The position numbers were made by a program, and so were the translations under genes. Below, piece after piece: positions 51,470-64,000 of a stretch of 64,000 bases of DNA. The number at the start of each line of letters is the position of its first letter. The stretch's first letter is position 1. The stretch is taken from the NCBI RefSeq assembly GCF_006345805.1, contig NC_043011.1, positions 17,558,464-17,622,463 on the forward strand, in the 5' to 3' direction. Origin of the DNA: Octopus sinensis. Taxonomy: Eukaryota. Below the pieces are notes generated by a model, which searched no databases, was not told the origin of the DNA, and saw only the letters and a list, made by a program, of their open reading frames with translations.

Positions 51470-51700
51470 GATTTCAAATTTTGGTACAAGATTTGGTACA
51501 AGATTTGGTACAAGACCACCAATTTCGAGAAGGGGATGAGTCGATTTCATCGGTTCCAGTACTCAGCTGATATTTATTTTATCGAAATAAGAAAAAGAAA
51601 AATGTAAAGCAAAGTGGATCTCGGTTGAATTTGAACTGAGAACGTGAATACGGACGAAATGCCGCCCGGTGTGTGATTCTGTCAGCTCCCTGCCTTAATA
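51470..51700 (-). mobile_element. Diverged family A SINE with a 12-bp triplication (tttggtacaaga) in its tail
   Basis: aaagtggatctcgg..atttgaactgagaacg reverse-complement motifs. Confidence 0.65.
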
Positions 51701-52540
51701 ATCAAATTAATAATAGCCCTTAAGTTGGAGCTGTATTTTCTTTTTACTGCGTAACCATTTCTAATTACATATTTATGGCTCACTATTTAAATATGGTGAA
51801 ACACGCTGCGATATCCCTGTATAAGATGCTGTATTAGATACAATTTAATTGCCATGAAATTTTATATAACGGAAAGTTATAAAAATCATGAAAGAGGAAG
51901 TTAAAATGAAAATTAAAAGTGATTGATTAAAATATTTTCGATAAATTTGTATCGTGTAAACTATTTTTTATTAAATGCCTTTTAGATTGCTTAGATATCA
52001 AAATCAAACTAACTAAGAATTCTTAAACTCACACACACACACACAGAGGAAGCCACAAGTGATATAATATACAGTCCTCACAAGGAAGCCTTTATCGGCT
52101 CAATCGAGGTGCTGAAATTAGATATCATAACTATTACTTTCATCAGAGACTACGTCAATCTCAGATAACTAGTCTCTTAATATAATTTACTATATTTTCA
52201 ATTCCACGTTCATGTTTTCAAAGATTTCACTTTACTTTCTAAAAAAATCTTGTCTGTTTCATATTTTCTTTCAGGCAGGCAAAGCGAGATAAACAGTTGC
52301 TCCTTACTTCAACGTCTGCTATTATTAAGAAGACCAATTATCAAAGTTGTTCAAGACAATACCATCCCTTCTATTTTAAGACTACATAAAGCAGTGTGAC
52401 TTTAAGAAAATAATTGGAGACTATTTCTCTAGAAGAGCAGCCTACTCCATAGAAGTTCATTTCTTGGGGAATTACAAACGTGTTTCGTGGTCTACTGCCA
52501 CAACAGCTGCTTTATAGGATCCAGTTAGCTCAAGACATCA

Positions 52541-52642
52541 TCAGAAGAAACCACGTCCGTTTTCGGCTCCTACTCCTCTACCGTTTTGACGTGGCGGGCC
52601 ACTCCCTTTCGGAAGTGTCTTCAGCTCTGGCGTTGGGTGCAT
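52541..52642 (-). CDS. Hypothetical 33-aa short ORF (MHPTPELKTLPKGSGPPRQNGRGVGAENGRGFF), first ATG after the candidate promoter
   Basis: ATG 55 nt downstream of the Inr with a purine at -3; no homology recognised; could be a uORF, a spliced first exon or non-coding. Confidence 0.2.
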   Translation of the reverse strand: MHPTPELKTLPKGSGPPRQNGRGVGAENGRGFF

Positions 52643-52693
52643 GTCTTCTTTCTTCTTTCTTCTGCTCTCTGACCTCAACGAGTGTCAGCCGGT

Positions 52694-52800
52694 GACTGAC
52701 TGACCTGTCAAATTTTTCCCTTTAAATACCTGCCACTAGACTCCAACGGACAGGCCCAGCAAGTTCTAAGGTGACAGCAACGTTTTTCTACGTCATGTGA
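52694..52800 (-). promoter_or_regulatory. Candidate Pol II core promoter: TATA (TATTTAAA) + Inr (TCAGTC) with an upstream CRE half-site
   Basis: Minus strand TATTTAAA at 52728-52721; tandem TCAGTC at 52703-52698 and 52699-52694 (+1 A at 52697 puts TATA at -31); TGACGT at 52795-52790; locally GC/CpG-richer unique sequence. Confidence 0.5.
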
Positions 52801-53560
52801 CACAAAATCTTTACTCTTTTACAATTTCCAGCTACTACGTGGATACCACGATAGAAAGTAACCAATTACTCTGAATTCAGGAGCAATGCAGCAATATTCT
52901 TTTTATTGATATTAACCAAAAGAAGAATTTCGCTTGGACCTTGACAACTAGCAAACTTCATGTGGCTAATGTTCTACTTGGACAAATACAAGACATGCCT
53001 ACAAAATATACATAAAGACAGCGAAAAGTTATGGTGGTTGCTTCTGGTCTTGGAGGAGTAAATGCTAATTAGAATTTATTTCCTGGCAATAATTGGCAAC
53101 AACTACTCTTCAAATATTGTCACTCGCAGATGTTTTGGCATTGCTTTTTAATTTCTGTTACTTTATTACCAAAGCATTGTCTAAGCTGCTTCATCTATGG
53201 TAAATACTGTGGGATATTTAGTGAAAAACATTCGGCTGTTGCTTAGAATAAACTGACTAAGTATAATTTCAGAAAATATAAACCTGAGTAGAAAGGAAAA
53301 TCAAATAGTACCATAATATTTATGTTGTGAACAAACCAGAAATTATTTGATTTATGGCGATCCCTTCTTTGATATCTACAATGCATGTCAACATAGATAT
53401 TTGTAATATATTTCATCTAAAATATATTGGTAACCGAAGGCTACTGACAAGTTTACATAGATTTGCAGAAGAATCAAGAGTACTGTTCATATTATTGATC
53501 AAATCAATGTATATATATATATATATATATACATACACACACATGTATATATATAGATAC

Positions 53561-53636
<76 letters not shown>

Positions 53637-54220
53637 TATTATATATATACATATATATGAAGAGAGAGATCATTGATCAAATCAATGTATAAGTATATAT
53701 ACATGTATATATAATTTATATATATAAATACATACTTACATATACATATATACATACACACATACATGCATACAAACATATATATATATATATACAAAGA
53801 GAGAGAGAGAGAGAGGGAAAACACATAGAAAAGTTCACAGTTTAGAGGCTTTGTGAGACAACGAGTGTGAAACGAAGAAACTTAAAACCACAGTTTTTTC
53901 AGAGAGGTCATGTTAGATGGCATGATTGCTTCACCAATACTTCTGACAAAATATTTAAAAGGAGTTTGTACCACGTTGTATTGACACATCAAACAAGAAG
54001 CTGATGTTTTGAAAGTATGTACTATATGCGCGTGTGTGTGTGTATGTTTATATGTGGGCTTTCGTGTCGGCTCGCGCATGTGCATGTATGAACACGTAAG
54101 TTTGTGTGAAAGATGAGATAAGCTGTTTGTGTTTAGAAAGAATAGTTAAATAGGGAAATGCTCAATACTGAAAACTCAGCACTAATGTACACACCCCTAT
54201 ATGCATCCATATAGCCTTCC

Positions 54221-54251
<31 letters not shown>

Positions 54252-56989
54252 TGTTTAATTATGTGTGTATGGCCATAGTCAAATGACTGAAACAAGTAAA
54301 AGAGCGAGTAAAGTGTATATATATATTACTACAAGAAAACGAAGAAAAAATATTGTGGATACTTATTTTATTTGTATCACATTAAGAACATAGCAAATAG
54401 TCTAATGCAAAAATATTTAACTGAACGCACACTGTCATAAAATAAACATAAGAAGTGCCTACACATTTTTCAATCTGGTCACTATGTAAAGAGTGCTTCA
54501 GAAGGTTCGAACCATGTTAAGAATTTTAGATGTACAAAAATGACAACAAAGTGCCCAGATATCTTCAGAACAGTCTCAAGCAAAAGGCTAATGCTTACAT
54601 GTTTTTTTCACAGGAGTTCAAGTTAGTGGCAAAAAGCTTACTAGATAAGATGAATGAAGACCACATATGCATATGTTAAGCATCTCCGTAATGTAAACAT
54701 TAGTTTACTTCAAAAGTAAGAGAGGACGCTGAGGGAATAACAGGGGAAGGTATTAGCTAATCAAAACTTTCCAGAAAGCTATTATAAATTTGAAAAATAG
54801 ACGGTTGTGTGCTTTGAGGAACATTACGCAATCATTTAAGAAAATATATAGACGGCAAGGCGTTGAGGAGCATTATGTAATTAGGGTAAGTTATTGTGAA
54901 GATGTGAAGCAAAAACATTGAATTAAAGAGAAGAGATAAGAAAAAGGGAGAGATAACAAAAAGTAATAAAGTAGGAATATAAAGAGAAATAAAGTTTCTG
55001 GGGACAAGAATAATGAAATAAAGTTTTAGTGAATCGAAAGAAGTTATAAAAAAACAATACGTGATCTGGGATATATAAAATAAATTATATGTGTAGATTT
55101 TAATATTTTAAAGTTATGGCTAAGAAAGATTAGGCTATATTGTGTACTTAGGTAATAATAAAGTAGAAATTTCATTAAAGATTCACTCGTAAAGAGGATT
55201 ATAGCTTCGCTGTTTAAGTTCAATTAATAGTGGAAGGTATACATGTAAAATAAAATTTAAAGATACAGTTTTATCGTTCGATTATAAAGAAAAACTTTCG
55301 TTACTTATTCTAAAGCATTTCAATACAATAACACATACTTTTAATTATGCAGAAAAACTATTAGATGGATAAAAAGATTATATTATACTTACGTCTATGA
55401 GGAATTTAAAGATTTGTGCAAAACAAAGGAAAAAATATAATTTTTTTTAAAACAAAATCCTCTCTACTTATTCTAAAAAAAATGTTATAATCAAGAACAA
55501 CGGATTATCTCTCATCGTCTACTTAGGGGAAAGAATTTGGACTAAATGACAGATGAAACAAATTTCGAAGGAGGTATGTGGGGCATATAGAGAAGAATAA
55601 TATTTATTTTGCAAGCGATACATACTGAAGGTATAAATAGAAATTATGTGTATGATATAGATACATGCGTATAGAGAAGTACATATACATATATACATAC
55701 ATGCACATATACATATACACATACATATACATGTATGCTTTTTTATATACATATGCGAGTGAACTTGCAAGATTTAGACTCAGGTAGAAAAAATATCGAA
55801 GAGTTAAATAATATTATGGGAATAAGAATATGGGTTATAAGTATATTTCTTATAAGAAATAGTATTAAGAGCGTGTGATTGGAACATTAAAAGGCATGGT
55901 TTATATAAAAACAATATGTGATTAAGGTGGAATGTATGTATAATCAGAGTTGTTAGGTTTACATAGAATATATTAGAGAAGTTATATCAGATGTATTATA
56001 TATTATTATTGTTTTGTGAGAAAAATGTGGTGAATTATTTATACTTAGAAAAAGTATATTTGTGTACATGTAAATATTGGGAAATTTTGTCGGAAAGTGT
56101 ATGTTTAGAGAATAAAATGTTGTGTGTATAAACTAGGAAAGGTGAACAGGTTTTGGCCGGTGTTTTATAAGCATGAGCATTGTTTAAAGTTTCCATTTAA
56201 TTTTATAAGCTCTATTGCAATCTTTTAGTTTCCAGATAACGTTACTTAAGCCAGTGCTACATCTTTTATTAGCATTTCTAAAGGAGTTCTCATGATTTGC
56301 GAGTCGATAATCTGTATAGAGAATTCGCGTTTTAGTCAGCTGTTTATGTTGTTTGTATTCATGGCTTGAAAAACTACGATACCGTATTATGTGCAGAAAG
56401 TCTGGAGATTCCAGGTTCTTCAGCGAATATTATAAAGCCAAATAAAATATCACAACCAGTTGTATTTATTATGCATTTTCATATCATGAGCACTTCCACC
56501 AGATTCATTTAGAAGGAAAGTATGATGATTATAATTCATATATATATATAAATACACACACACACACACATATATAGATATATATAAATACTTCAGAGGT
56601 GTAAAATACTAATATTGAAGAAGAATCAACGATAAACACTAGTTTATATACACATGAAAAATATTCTGTATCGTGAACCGATATTAGTACAAAACAGGTT
56701 TACTCTTGAACAATATATCTGTAAGAAAGAACAATTTCTTTCTCTATAGACTAACATATATATATATGTATGTATGTATGTATGGATGTATGTATAAGGT
56801 GTAAGGAACATTCTTTCAAGAATAATCACTTACTAAAACTAAAGAACAAAGTAAACGAAGGTAAGATAATGAAAGAAATAATTGTACAGGTGAAGAAAAC
56901 TGGAAATTTCTATTGTGTAGCCGTGAATTCTTACATAAAGAAATACTTCAAAAATACAAAATAATAAATAAAATATTCACAGAAATATT

Positions 56990-57885
56990 AATCTCGAATC
57001 TAATAAAATAATAAATGAATACAAAATTGACGACGTAACAGAGATTTATGAAAATTCTTAACCAAGAATAAGCCTAAGAGACCATAAAGAAAATTTTGAA
57101 ATCGATGCTAAAGTAAGGCTAATATACCCATGTAAATCGGACCTTAGAACATCTAATAAAATAATTTTAGAAAAGTATATACACTCTCTAAAACCAACAT
57201 TAAACTTAGACTATGGTCAAGAACACAAGAGGTAATTAATAGACATACTATATTTCAAGACAAGAAAAAATGCAATTTTATCTTTATGGACATTAACGAT
57301 TATTACCAATCAATAAACCCGATTTTATTAAATAAGTCACTCATATTTGCTAAACATTGAACAGACTTGTCCATGAAAGAAAGAAAAATTATACTCGCAG
57401 CTAGAAAAACTGTGATATTCCACGAAGGTAAATATTGAGCAAAAAAAGATACACCAGACTCTTTCGATATACCAATAGGTATATACCTGATCAAAAACCT
57501 AACGCCAACATAATATTATAGAAAATCTTAGTACAAATATAGGGAGAAGAATCAATTACCTATCTTCAAACAAAGAATTAAATAATAAACGCAAAGATCA
57601 TTACAATATAGCACTTAAGAAGGCAGGATATAAGCATGCATATAATTATGTACAATAGGAATTACACTATTGAAAGTAATATTGAGAATAAATACAAAAA
57701 ATAGTAATATTAAAAACAGAGACTTAGAAACCTATAACGAATAGTATATCAGCGCAAATAAGAAATGAAAATTCCCAATAACAATCATAAATATAACAAA
57801 CATGTTAAACAAGACAATTATAATGAGGAAATTAAACTAAACATGATAAACATAATACCAAAAATATAATTAAAAATAAGAACTA

Positions 57886-57919
<34 letters not shown>

Positions 57920-57948
57920 ATTATTATTATTATTATTATTATTCTTAC

Positions 57949-58009
<61 letters not shown>

Positions 58010-58860
58010 ACACTAATGTCAATAAACTCCAAATTAATACTTGAGTGAATAACGACTATTACAACCTTAAAATAAAAGATAAATATAAAAACATAAAGAT
58101 AAAAAAATGAAAAATATGAATAGCCCGAGCATGGATTTTAACCATGACAACAATAATAACAACAATATTTATAAGAATGATAATAATATAATGATAATAA
58201 AAGCATAGTTAGAAAGAAACTAATACCAGGTGTGAGAAAGAATGATATTCTGACGAGAAATTATTTCATAAACAAGGCAGACGCAAATAAAACCAAATGG
58301 GTCATAATAGCTTTCAATGAACAATTAAAGACAAATTTTATTAAATCTATTAGCATGATTATTAATAAAAAACTTTAAAACACTAGATGTGCAAAAATAT
58401 TTAATGATAAATATATCAGCTTTGGATTTCCAGTTTCTCACAACCTCTTTAGGACAAAACCTCCCTTTAATAATAGAAAACAAGATATATTCTATGAAAA
58501 TAGATAAAAACACAAATTGATACTAAAGGACACAGAAATAATAAAAGTACAAGACAATGGTACAAGTAACAATATAAACACCCCTACTAACAATAACACA
58601 TAATAAATCAACAAATAATAATAATAATTTTCCATTATCTACACATAATAACTGTAATTGTAGAAACCCTTATTCATGCAAGTTAGGCAGGGATTGTAAA
58701 AGAAAAAAAGCAACGATTATAACACAGGATTCTACAAAGTAGCATTATATCGAATCGACACAAAATTACATTTGATTACGAATCATGAACCACGAATGCA
58801 TTCAGGGACCAAAACAAAATGAACAGTACTGGACTCTCAAAAAACAATATGTTAACTGAA
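56990..58860 (+). pseudogene. Heavily decayed Penelope-like element (RT plus GIY-YIG)
   Basis: ARKTVIFHEGK..KKDTPDSFDIPIG (RT), TNFIKSISMIINK..KIFN, and NCNCRNPYSCKLGRDC..HYI..NSTGLS (PLE zinc/GIY-YIG region); interrupted by (ATT)n at 57885-58010. Confidence 0.7.
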
Positions 58861-59009
58861 AAAAAAATCAGCGTTGACTTCATAATCAATTGAACATCTT
58901 AGCACATGCACCATCTTACAAAATTAACAAATTAATAATAACATTATGCCTGGCAGAAAACTATACAATAATCATTTTTACTCCAGGCACAAGGCTCAAA
59001 CTTTTTGCG

Positions 59010-59152
59010 GAGGCGGCCTGTCGATTCGATCGATCCCAGTATGCCTCCGAAAGGATGAAAGGCAAAATCGACCTACGTGGAATTTGAACTCAGAACGTAG
59101 AGACAGACAAAATACCCAGCGTGCTAACGTATCTGCCTACTCGCTGCCTTAA
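59010..59152 (-). mobile_element. Family A SINE fragment
   Basis: gatgaaaggcaaaatcgacc..gaatttgaactcagaacgta. Confidence 0.75.
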
Positions 59153-60272
59153 AACTATACAATAAGGAAAAGGAATGGGTACCTAATTAATACGAAGAAT
59201 GAAAATGTTTTCATGTAGACACGTGCCAAGGTACCTCTGTATTAAACTGAAGTGATATAACGATATTACTTAATATCACCCTAACATCTTCAATTCAGCA
59301 TTTTAAAATATTACCGTTACCATAATATATATCAATAGCTTAATTCAACTATATACCTTAATTCTATGAACATTCATTAAATAGCTAAAATTATCTAACT
59401 GGCTTACATCCAGACAAAATGACTATTATAGTTTTTTTGCGAAACTTTTCCCTAATTTCATAAAATTTGTATATCCTTATCTAATACCTATATATATCCT
59501 GTTTAAAATATGAAATACATATAGCTTCACGTATAGGATCAGATTCAGTTCTCAAGGTGTGTGTATGCATATTTTTCTGATAGTACATCAAGTCGACCTC
59601 TAAACCCTGATCGTGGATTCCTGATATTTGTTTGTCTATTTATGAAAACCTATAAATTGTATGATATAATTCTAACTTTGATGTGTACATTTGTATATAT
59701 ATATATATAAATATATGTGTCTGTGTATAGTATGTTTATATGTATGTTTATACTTATATGTTTGTGTATATGTACTTATACATATTTGAGTGTGTGTGAC
59801 TTTCTATGTACATGTGTGTATATATGTATGTATATGTGTACATATGTGTATGCATATGTGTTTATATATATGCATGTATATATATATGTATATGTATATA
59901 TGTGTATACGTGTATATATATGGGTATATGTATGTATATATTATAAAACAATATATACTTATTATTCAAGTTAGAAACCATATAACTAATGTTTTTTTAA
60001 GGTGTATATGCATGCATGTACATGTTTATATTTAAAAATGCCCTTTTGCCTTTATATAAGTATCTAATGAGTGAGAATACGTGTGCATATGTGTGTATAT
60101 GTATGTAGTGAGTGTACATGCATGTATAGGTTTATATATAAATATTCATATATTCATATATATATATATGCATGTAAGTGTATAATTCAGAGCATTTTCT
60201 GTAATTTATTTCTGTCTGTCATTCTGCCTCTCTCTCTCTATTTCTATGTATGCGCACGCGATTGTGTGTGCG

Positions 60273-60313
<41 letters not shown>

Positions 60314-60680
60314 TGTGTGTGTGCGTGCGTGCGTGTGTGTGTATGCAGAGTGAGACGGAGAGAGAGCGAGAGAGAAATAGAGAGGTATTTTATCATTGTA
60401 GAAGAAGTAGTACAATTGCAAACACGCACGCTGTCTAGGCTTATCTTACGATGCATATTTGTATTAAATTTATCTTTTCAAACGTGAGGCATTTATATTC
60501 ATTAAACTTATATGTACATTGATTATACTTATCGCTCTAAGTTTATATAGATATATATACTTACATACTACTTGGAACAATCAATTGCCGATAAAATATA
60601 TTCTGACAAATTTAATCTGATTTCTTTCTTCGGCTACTGGAGACGTAAAACATGAAAACGTGACCCTATACTATAGCATT

Positions 60681-60712
<32 letters not shown>

Positions 60713-60834
60713 TGTATGTATGTATGTATGTATGTATGTATGTATGTAGGTATATATATATATATGTGTGTGTGTGTGTATATATATATGTGTCTGTGAG
60801 TGTGTGTGTATAAAAGAAAAAAAAATATGTTTCC

Positions 60835-61083
60835 TTCGGGAGCCATGCCAGGCTCATGAGGGCAGGTTTCCCAGTTTAAATGGTGTGTATATATATATAT
60901 ATATATATATCCCACCTGGACGAGATGTAGGTCCGTCGCAGGATTACTCATTTTAGCCAGCTGAATTGACTGGAGTGAAGTGAAATGAAGTGTTGTGCTG
61001 AAGAACGCAACGCGTCATCCAATCTAGGAATCGAAATGACAACATTATGATCATGTGTCCAACACTCTTACCACTAAGCCACG
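60835..61083 (-). mobile_element. tRNA-derived SINE (family B-related) split by a (TA)n tract at 60886-60910
   Basis: Reverse complement begins gtggcttagtggtaagagtgttgg..ttcgattcc (A/B boxes). Confidence 0.75.
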
Positions 61084-61675
61084 ACACTCTCTCTCTCTCA
61101 ATCTATCTAAATATATATACATAAACACATACATATATACATACATATATTTATATATTTGTTTTGCAAGATGTGCAATGTAAGAGTTCAGGCAAAGAAA
61201 TAAAAATAATAATAATAAAGTTGAAGTAAAGAATAAAGAAATAATGTGTATTTAATTGGCAAACTATGACCATCCTCAAGTATAACACTGAATATATGTA
61301 TATGCATATATGTATGTGTATGTATGTATATATATATACATATAGATAGATAGATATATATACGGGTGTGTGTGATTGTGTATAGAAGAATATATTAATA
61401 AAAGGAGTTCCAACCTAGCAATCTGGAGCCTACACAGCTGTATTTAAGGCACTCATTTAATCATCTCGCTACAGTCAAAGATTGTGAAGCATGACTGTCA
61501 ACACAACTCCATGAACATGAAGATTGCAGAATTTAATGCATGAAAGTACTAGTTCAATCACAATGAACATTTAACATTGTATTATTTTATTTTATTTTAT
61601 TATATTATATTATATTATATCATTATAAGATTGAAAATAAAACGTGAAAATCAGACAAGGTTGGAACTCCTTTTA

Positions 61676-61730
<55 letters not shown>

Positions 61731-62519
61731 TATATATAATATATATATATATATCCCACCTGGACGAGATGTAGGTCCGTCGCAGGATTACTCATTTTAG
61801 CCAGCTGAATTGACTGGAGTGAAGTGAAATGAAGTGTTGTGCTGAAGAACGCAACGCGTCATCCAATCTAGGAATCGAAATGACAACATTATGATCATGT
61901 GTCCAACACTCTTACCACTAAGCCACAACACTCTCTCTCTCTCAATCTATCTAAATATATATACATAAACACATACATATATACATACATATATTTATAT
62001 ATTTGTTTTGCAAGATGTGCAATGTAAGAGTTCAGGCAAAGAAATAAAAATAATAATAATAAAGTTGAAGTAAAGAATAAAGAAATAATGTGTATTTAAT
62101 TGGCAAACTATGACCATCCTCAAGTATAACACTGAATATATGTATATGCATATATGTATGTGTATGTATGTATATATATATACATATAGATAGATAGATA
62201 TATATACGGGTGTGTGTGATTGTGTATAGAAGAATATATTAATAAAAGGAGTTCCAACCTAGCAATCTGGAGCCTACACAGCTGTATTTAAGGCACACAT
62301 TTAATCATCTCGCTACAGTCAAAGATTGTGAAGCATGACTGTCAACACAACTCCATGAACCTGAAGATTGCAGAATTTAATGCATGAAAGTACTAGTTCA
62401 ATCACAATGAACATTTAACATTGTATTATTTTATTTTATTTTATTATATTATATTATATTATATCATTATAAGATTGAAAATAAAACGTGAAAATCAGAC
62501 AAGGTTGGAACTCCTTTTA

Positions 62520-62522
<3 letters not shown>
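60911..62522. repeat. Near-identical tandem duplication (about 770-bp unit, period 844) bounded by (TA)n tracts
   Basis: cccacctggacgag at 60911 and 61755; both copies end ggaactccttttattaat. Confidence 0.92.
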
Positions 62523-62548
<26 letters not shown>

Positions 62549-62553
<5 letters not shown>

Positions 62554-64000
62554 AATAAAATAGAATATATGCATATATATAAACATATATGTACGTACCT
62601 ACCTCTACATGTACATATACACGCATATATGTGTACAGGACACCAAAAAGACGTCGAACACATAGAGAGACGAAACACATAGACACAAACCAAGGAACAA
62701 GACAAGCAAAAAAAGGAGAGATACAGGACAATAAGCACAACGAAAAATCCCCTTCTTCAGTCGCTAAGATTTCATCTACTAAACGTTTCGAAGGATAAAA
62801 TCGAGACGTATACTTCGAAGAAAAATTCCTTCCCGCGAAAAGCAAATCAATTAAAATTCTGAGATCTTTTCGCAGAGGGGTAAAAAAAAAAGCAAGACGG
62901 TAACGACAGTACAAACATATAAACAGTAAAAAATATATATATAAACAGTGGAAAAATAAATATATAACAGTGAGAGACAGGACAAGGAGAACAAGATAAG
63001 AAGGGCTGTTAACGCCAGACGAAAAAAGTATTGCAAACGCTGGATTATCGTGGAAGACGAGAGAGGGAAAATTTGTCGACCAGAAGCCTTACAAGGCGGG
63101 CGAGAAAAGACAGGATAGCAGTTACGACGGAAGTATCGTCGCAGATGGATGACGGGAATGGGGGAGGAGGAGCAAGAGGAAGAGAGAGAAGAAGGGGAAT
63201 GGTGTGAGGAGACCATGAAGAATGGTGAAAGGGAGAGAGAGAATGAAGAATGAGAGAGAGAGGAAGAGACAAGTTAAGTGAGGGAAAAAAAGACGAAAAA
63301 GGGAATGGGAGAGAAAGAAAGAAAGATGCAGAGTCGCGTGAGAGTTAATATCAAGGCTAACTTGATAAACAGAACAATCTTACTTAATAGGGTGCGTGCG
63401 TTTAGTCGTATAATATGTTAATAAAATTGAATATATGCATATATATAAAATATATGTACGTACCTACCTCTACATGTACATATACACGCATATATGTGTA
63501 CAGGACACCAAAAAGACGTCGAACACATAGAGAGACGAAACACATAGACACAAACCAAGGAACAAGACAAGCAAAAAAAGGAGAGATACAGGACAATAAG
63601 CACAACGAAAAATCCCCTTCTTCAGTCGCTAAGATTTCATCTACTAAACGTTTCGAAGGATAAAAGCGAGACGTATACTTCGAAGAAAAATTCCTTCCCG
63701 CGAAAAGCAAATCAATTAAAATTCTGAGATCTTTTCGCAGAGGGGTAAAAAAAAAAGCAAGACGGTAACGACAGTACAAACATATAAACAGTAAAAAATA
63801 TATATATAAACAGTGGAAAAATAAATATATAACAGTGAGAGACAGGACAAGGAGAACAAGATAAGAAGGACTGTTAACGCTAGACGAAAAAAGTATTGCA
63901 AACGCTGGATTATCGTGGAAGACGAGAGAGGGAAAATTTGTCGACCAGAAGCCTTACAAGGCGGGCGAGAAAAGACAGGATAGCAGTTACGACGGAAGTA
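62549..64000. mobile_element. Tandem array of an 865-bp non-coding unit (second copy runs off the window), family of 3246-4115
   Basis: gtacgtacctacc at 62591 and 63456; about 98% identical units. Confidence 0.85.

Noticed and set aside
52262-52400. Strong plus-strand splice acceptor (ttttctttcag at 52274)
   Set aside because: All frames close within about 40 codons and no matching donor or homology was recognised.
52590-52626. CTGAAGA followed by a GAAA-loop hairpin (minus strand)
   Set aside because: The GAAA is the hairpin loop; no GAAA/stem III follows stem II, so it is not a hammerhead.
10362-61083. tRNA-like heads with A/B boxes
   Set aside because: All continue into SINE bodies and lack a cloverleaf, so no true tRNA gene is called.
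62552-63779. Two near-identical 120/125-aa ORFs (MYCRYRLAFFF..)
   Set aside because: Identity reflects DNA duplication of a non-coding repeat; the start and stop positions come from low-complexity flanks.

Overview
AT-rich, repeat-dominated eukaryotic genomic DNA. It is most likely from an octopus or related cephalopod; this is inferred from the tRNA-derived SINE families and microsatellite style and has not been verified by a search. No intact protein-coding gene is recognisable, and most ORFs in the track are translated microsatellites. The window holds: three tRNA-headed SINE families (many copies, some multimeric); several decayed R4/Dong-clade non-LTR retrotransposon pieces and non-coding partners sitting in (AAT)n tracts; two Penelope-like (PLE) relics; CR1/L2-type fragments; a decayed IS630-Tc1-mariner transposase with about DD82E spacing (Sailor-like); two MITE types; Helitron-like repeats; local tandem duplications; and a candidate TATA+Inr promoter on the minus strand at about 52.7 kb. 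The main observation is a 362-bp, about 99% identical tandem array at 5.9-7.0 kb. Each unit carries, on the minus strand, a type I hammerhead ribozyme with a compensatory U3:A8 core variant, a palindromic stem III and a long extended stem I. This is a retrozyme/pLTR-like self-cleaving RNA repeat, and it ends in an inverted junction.
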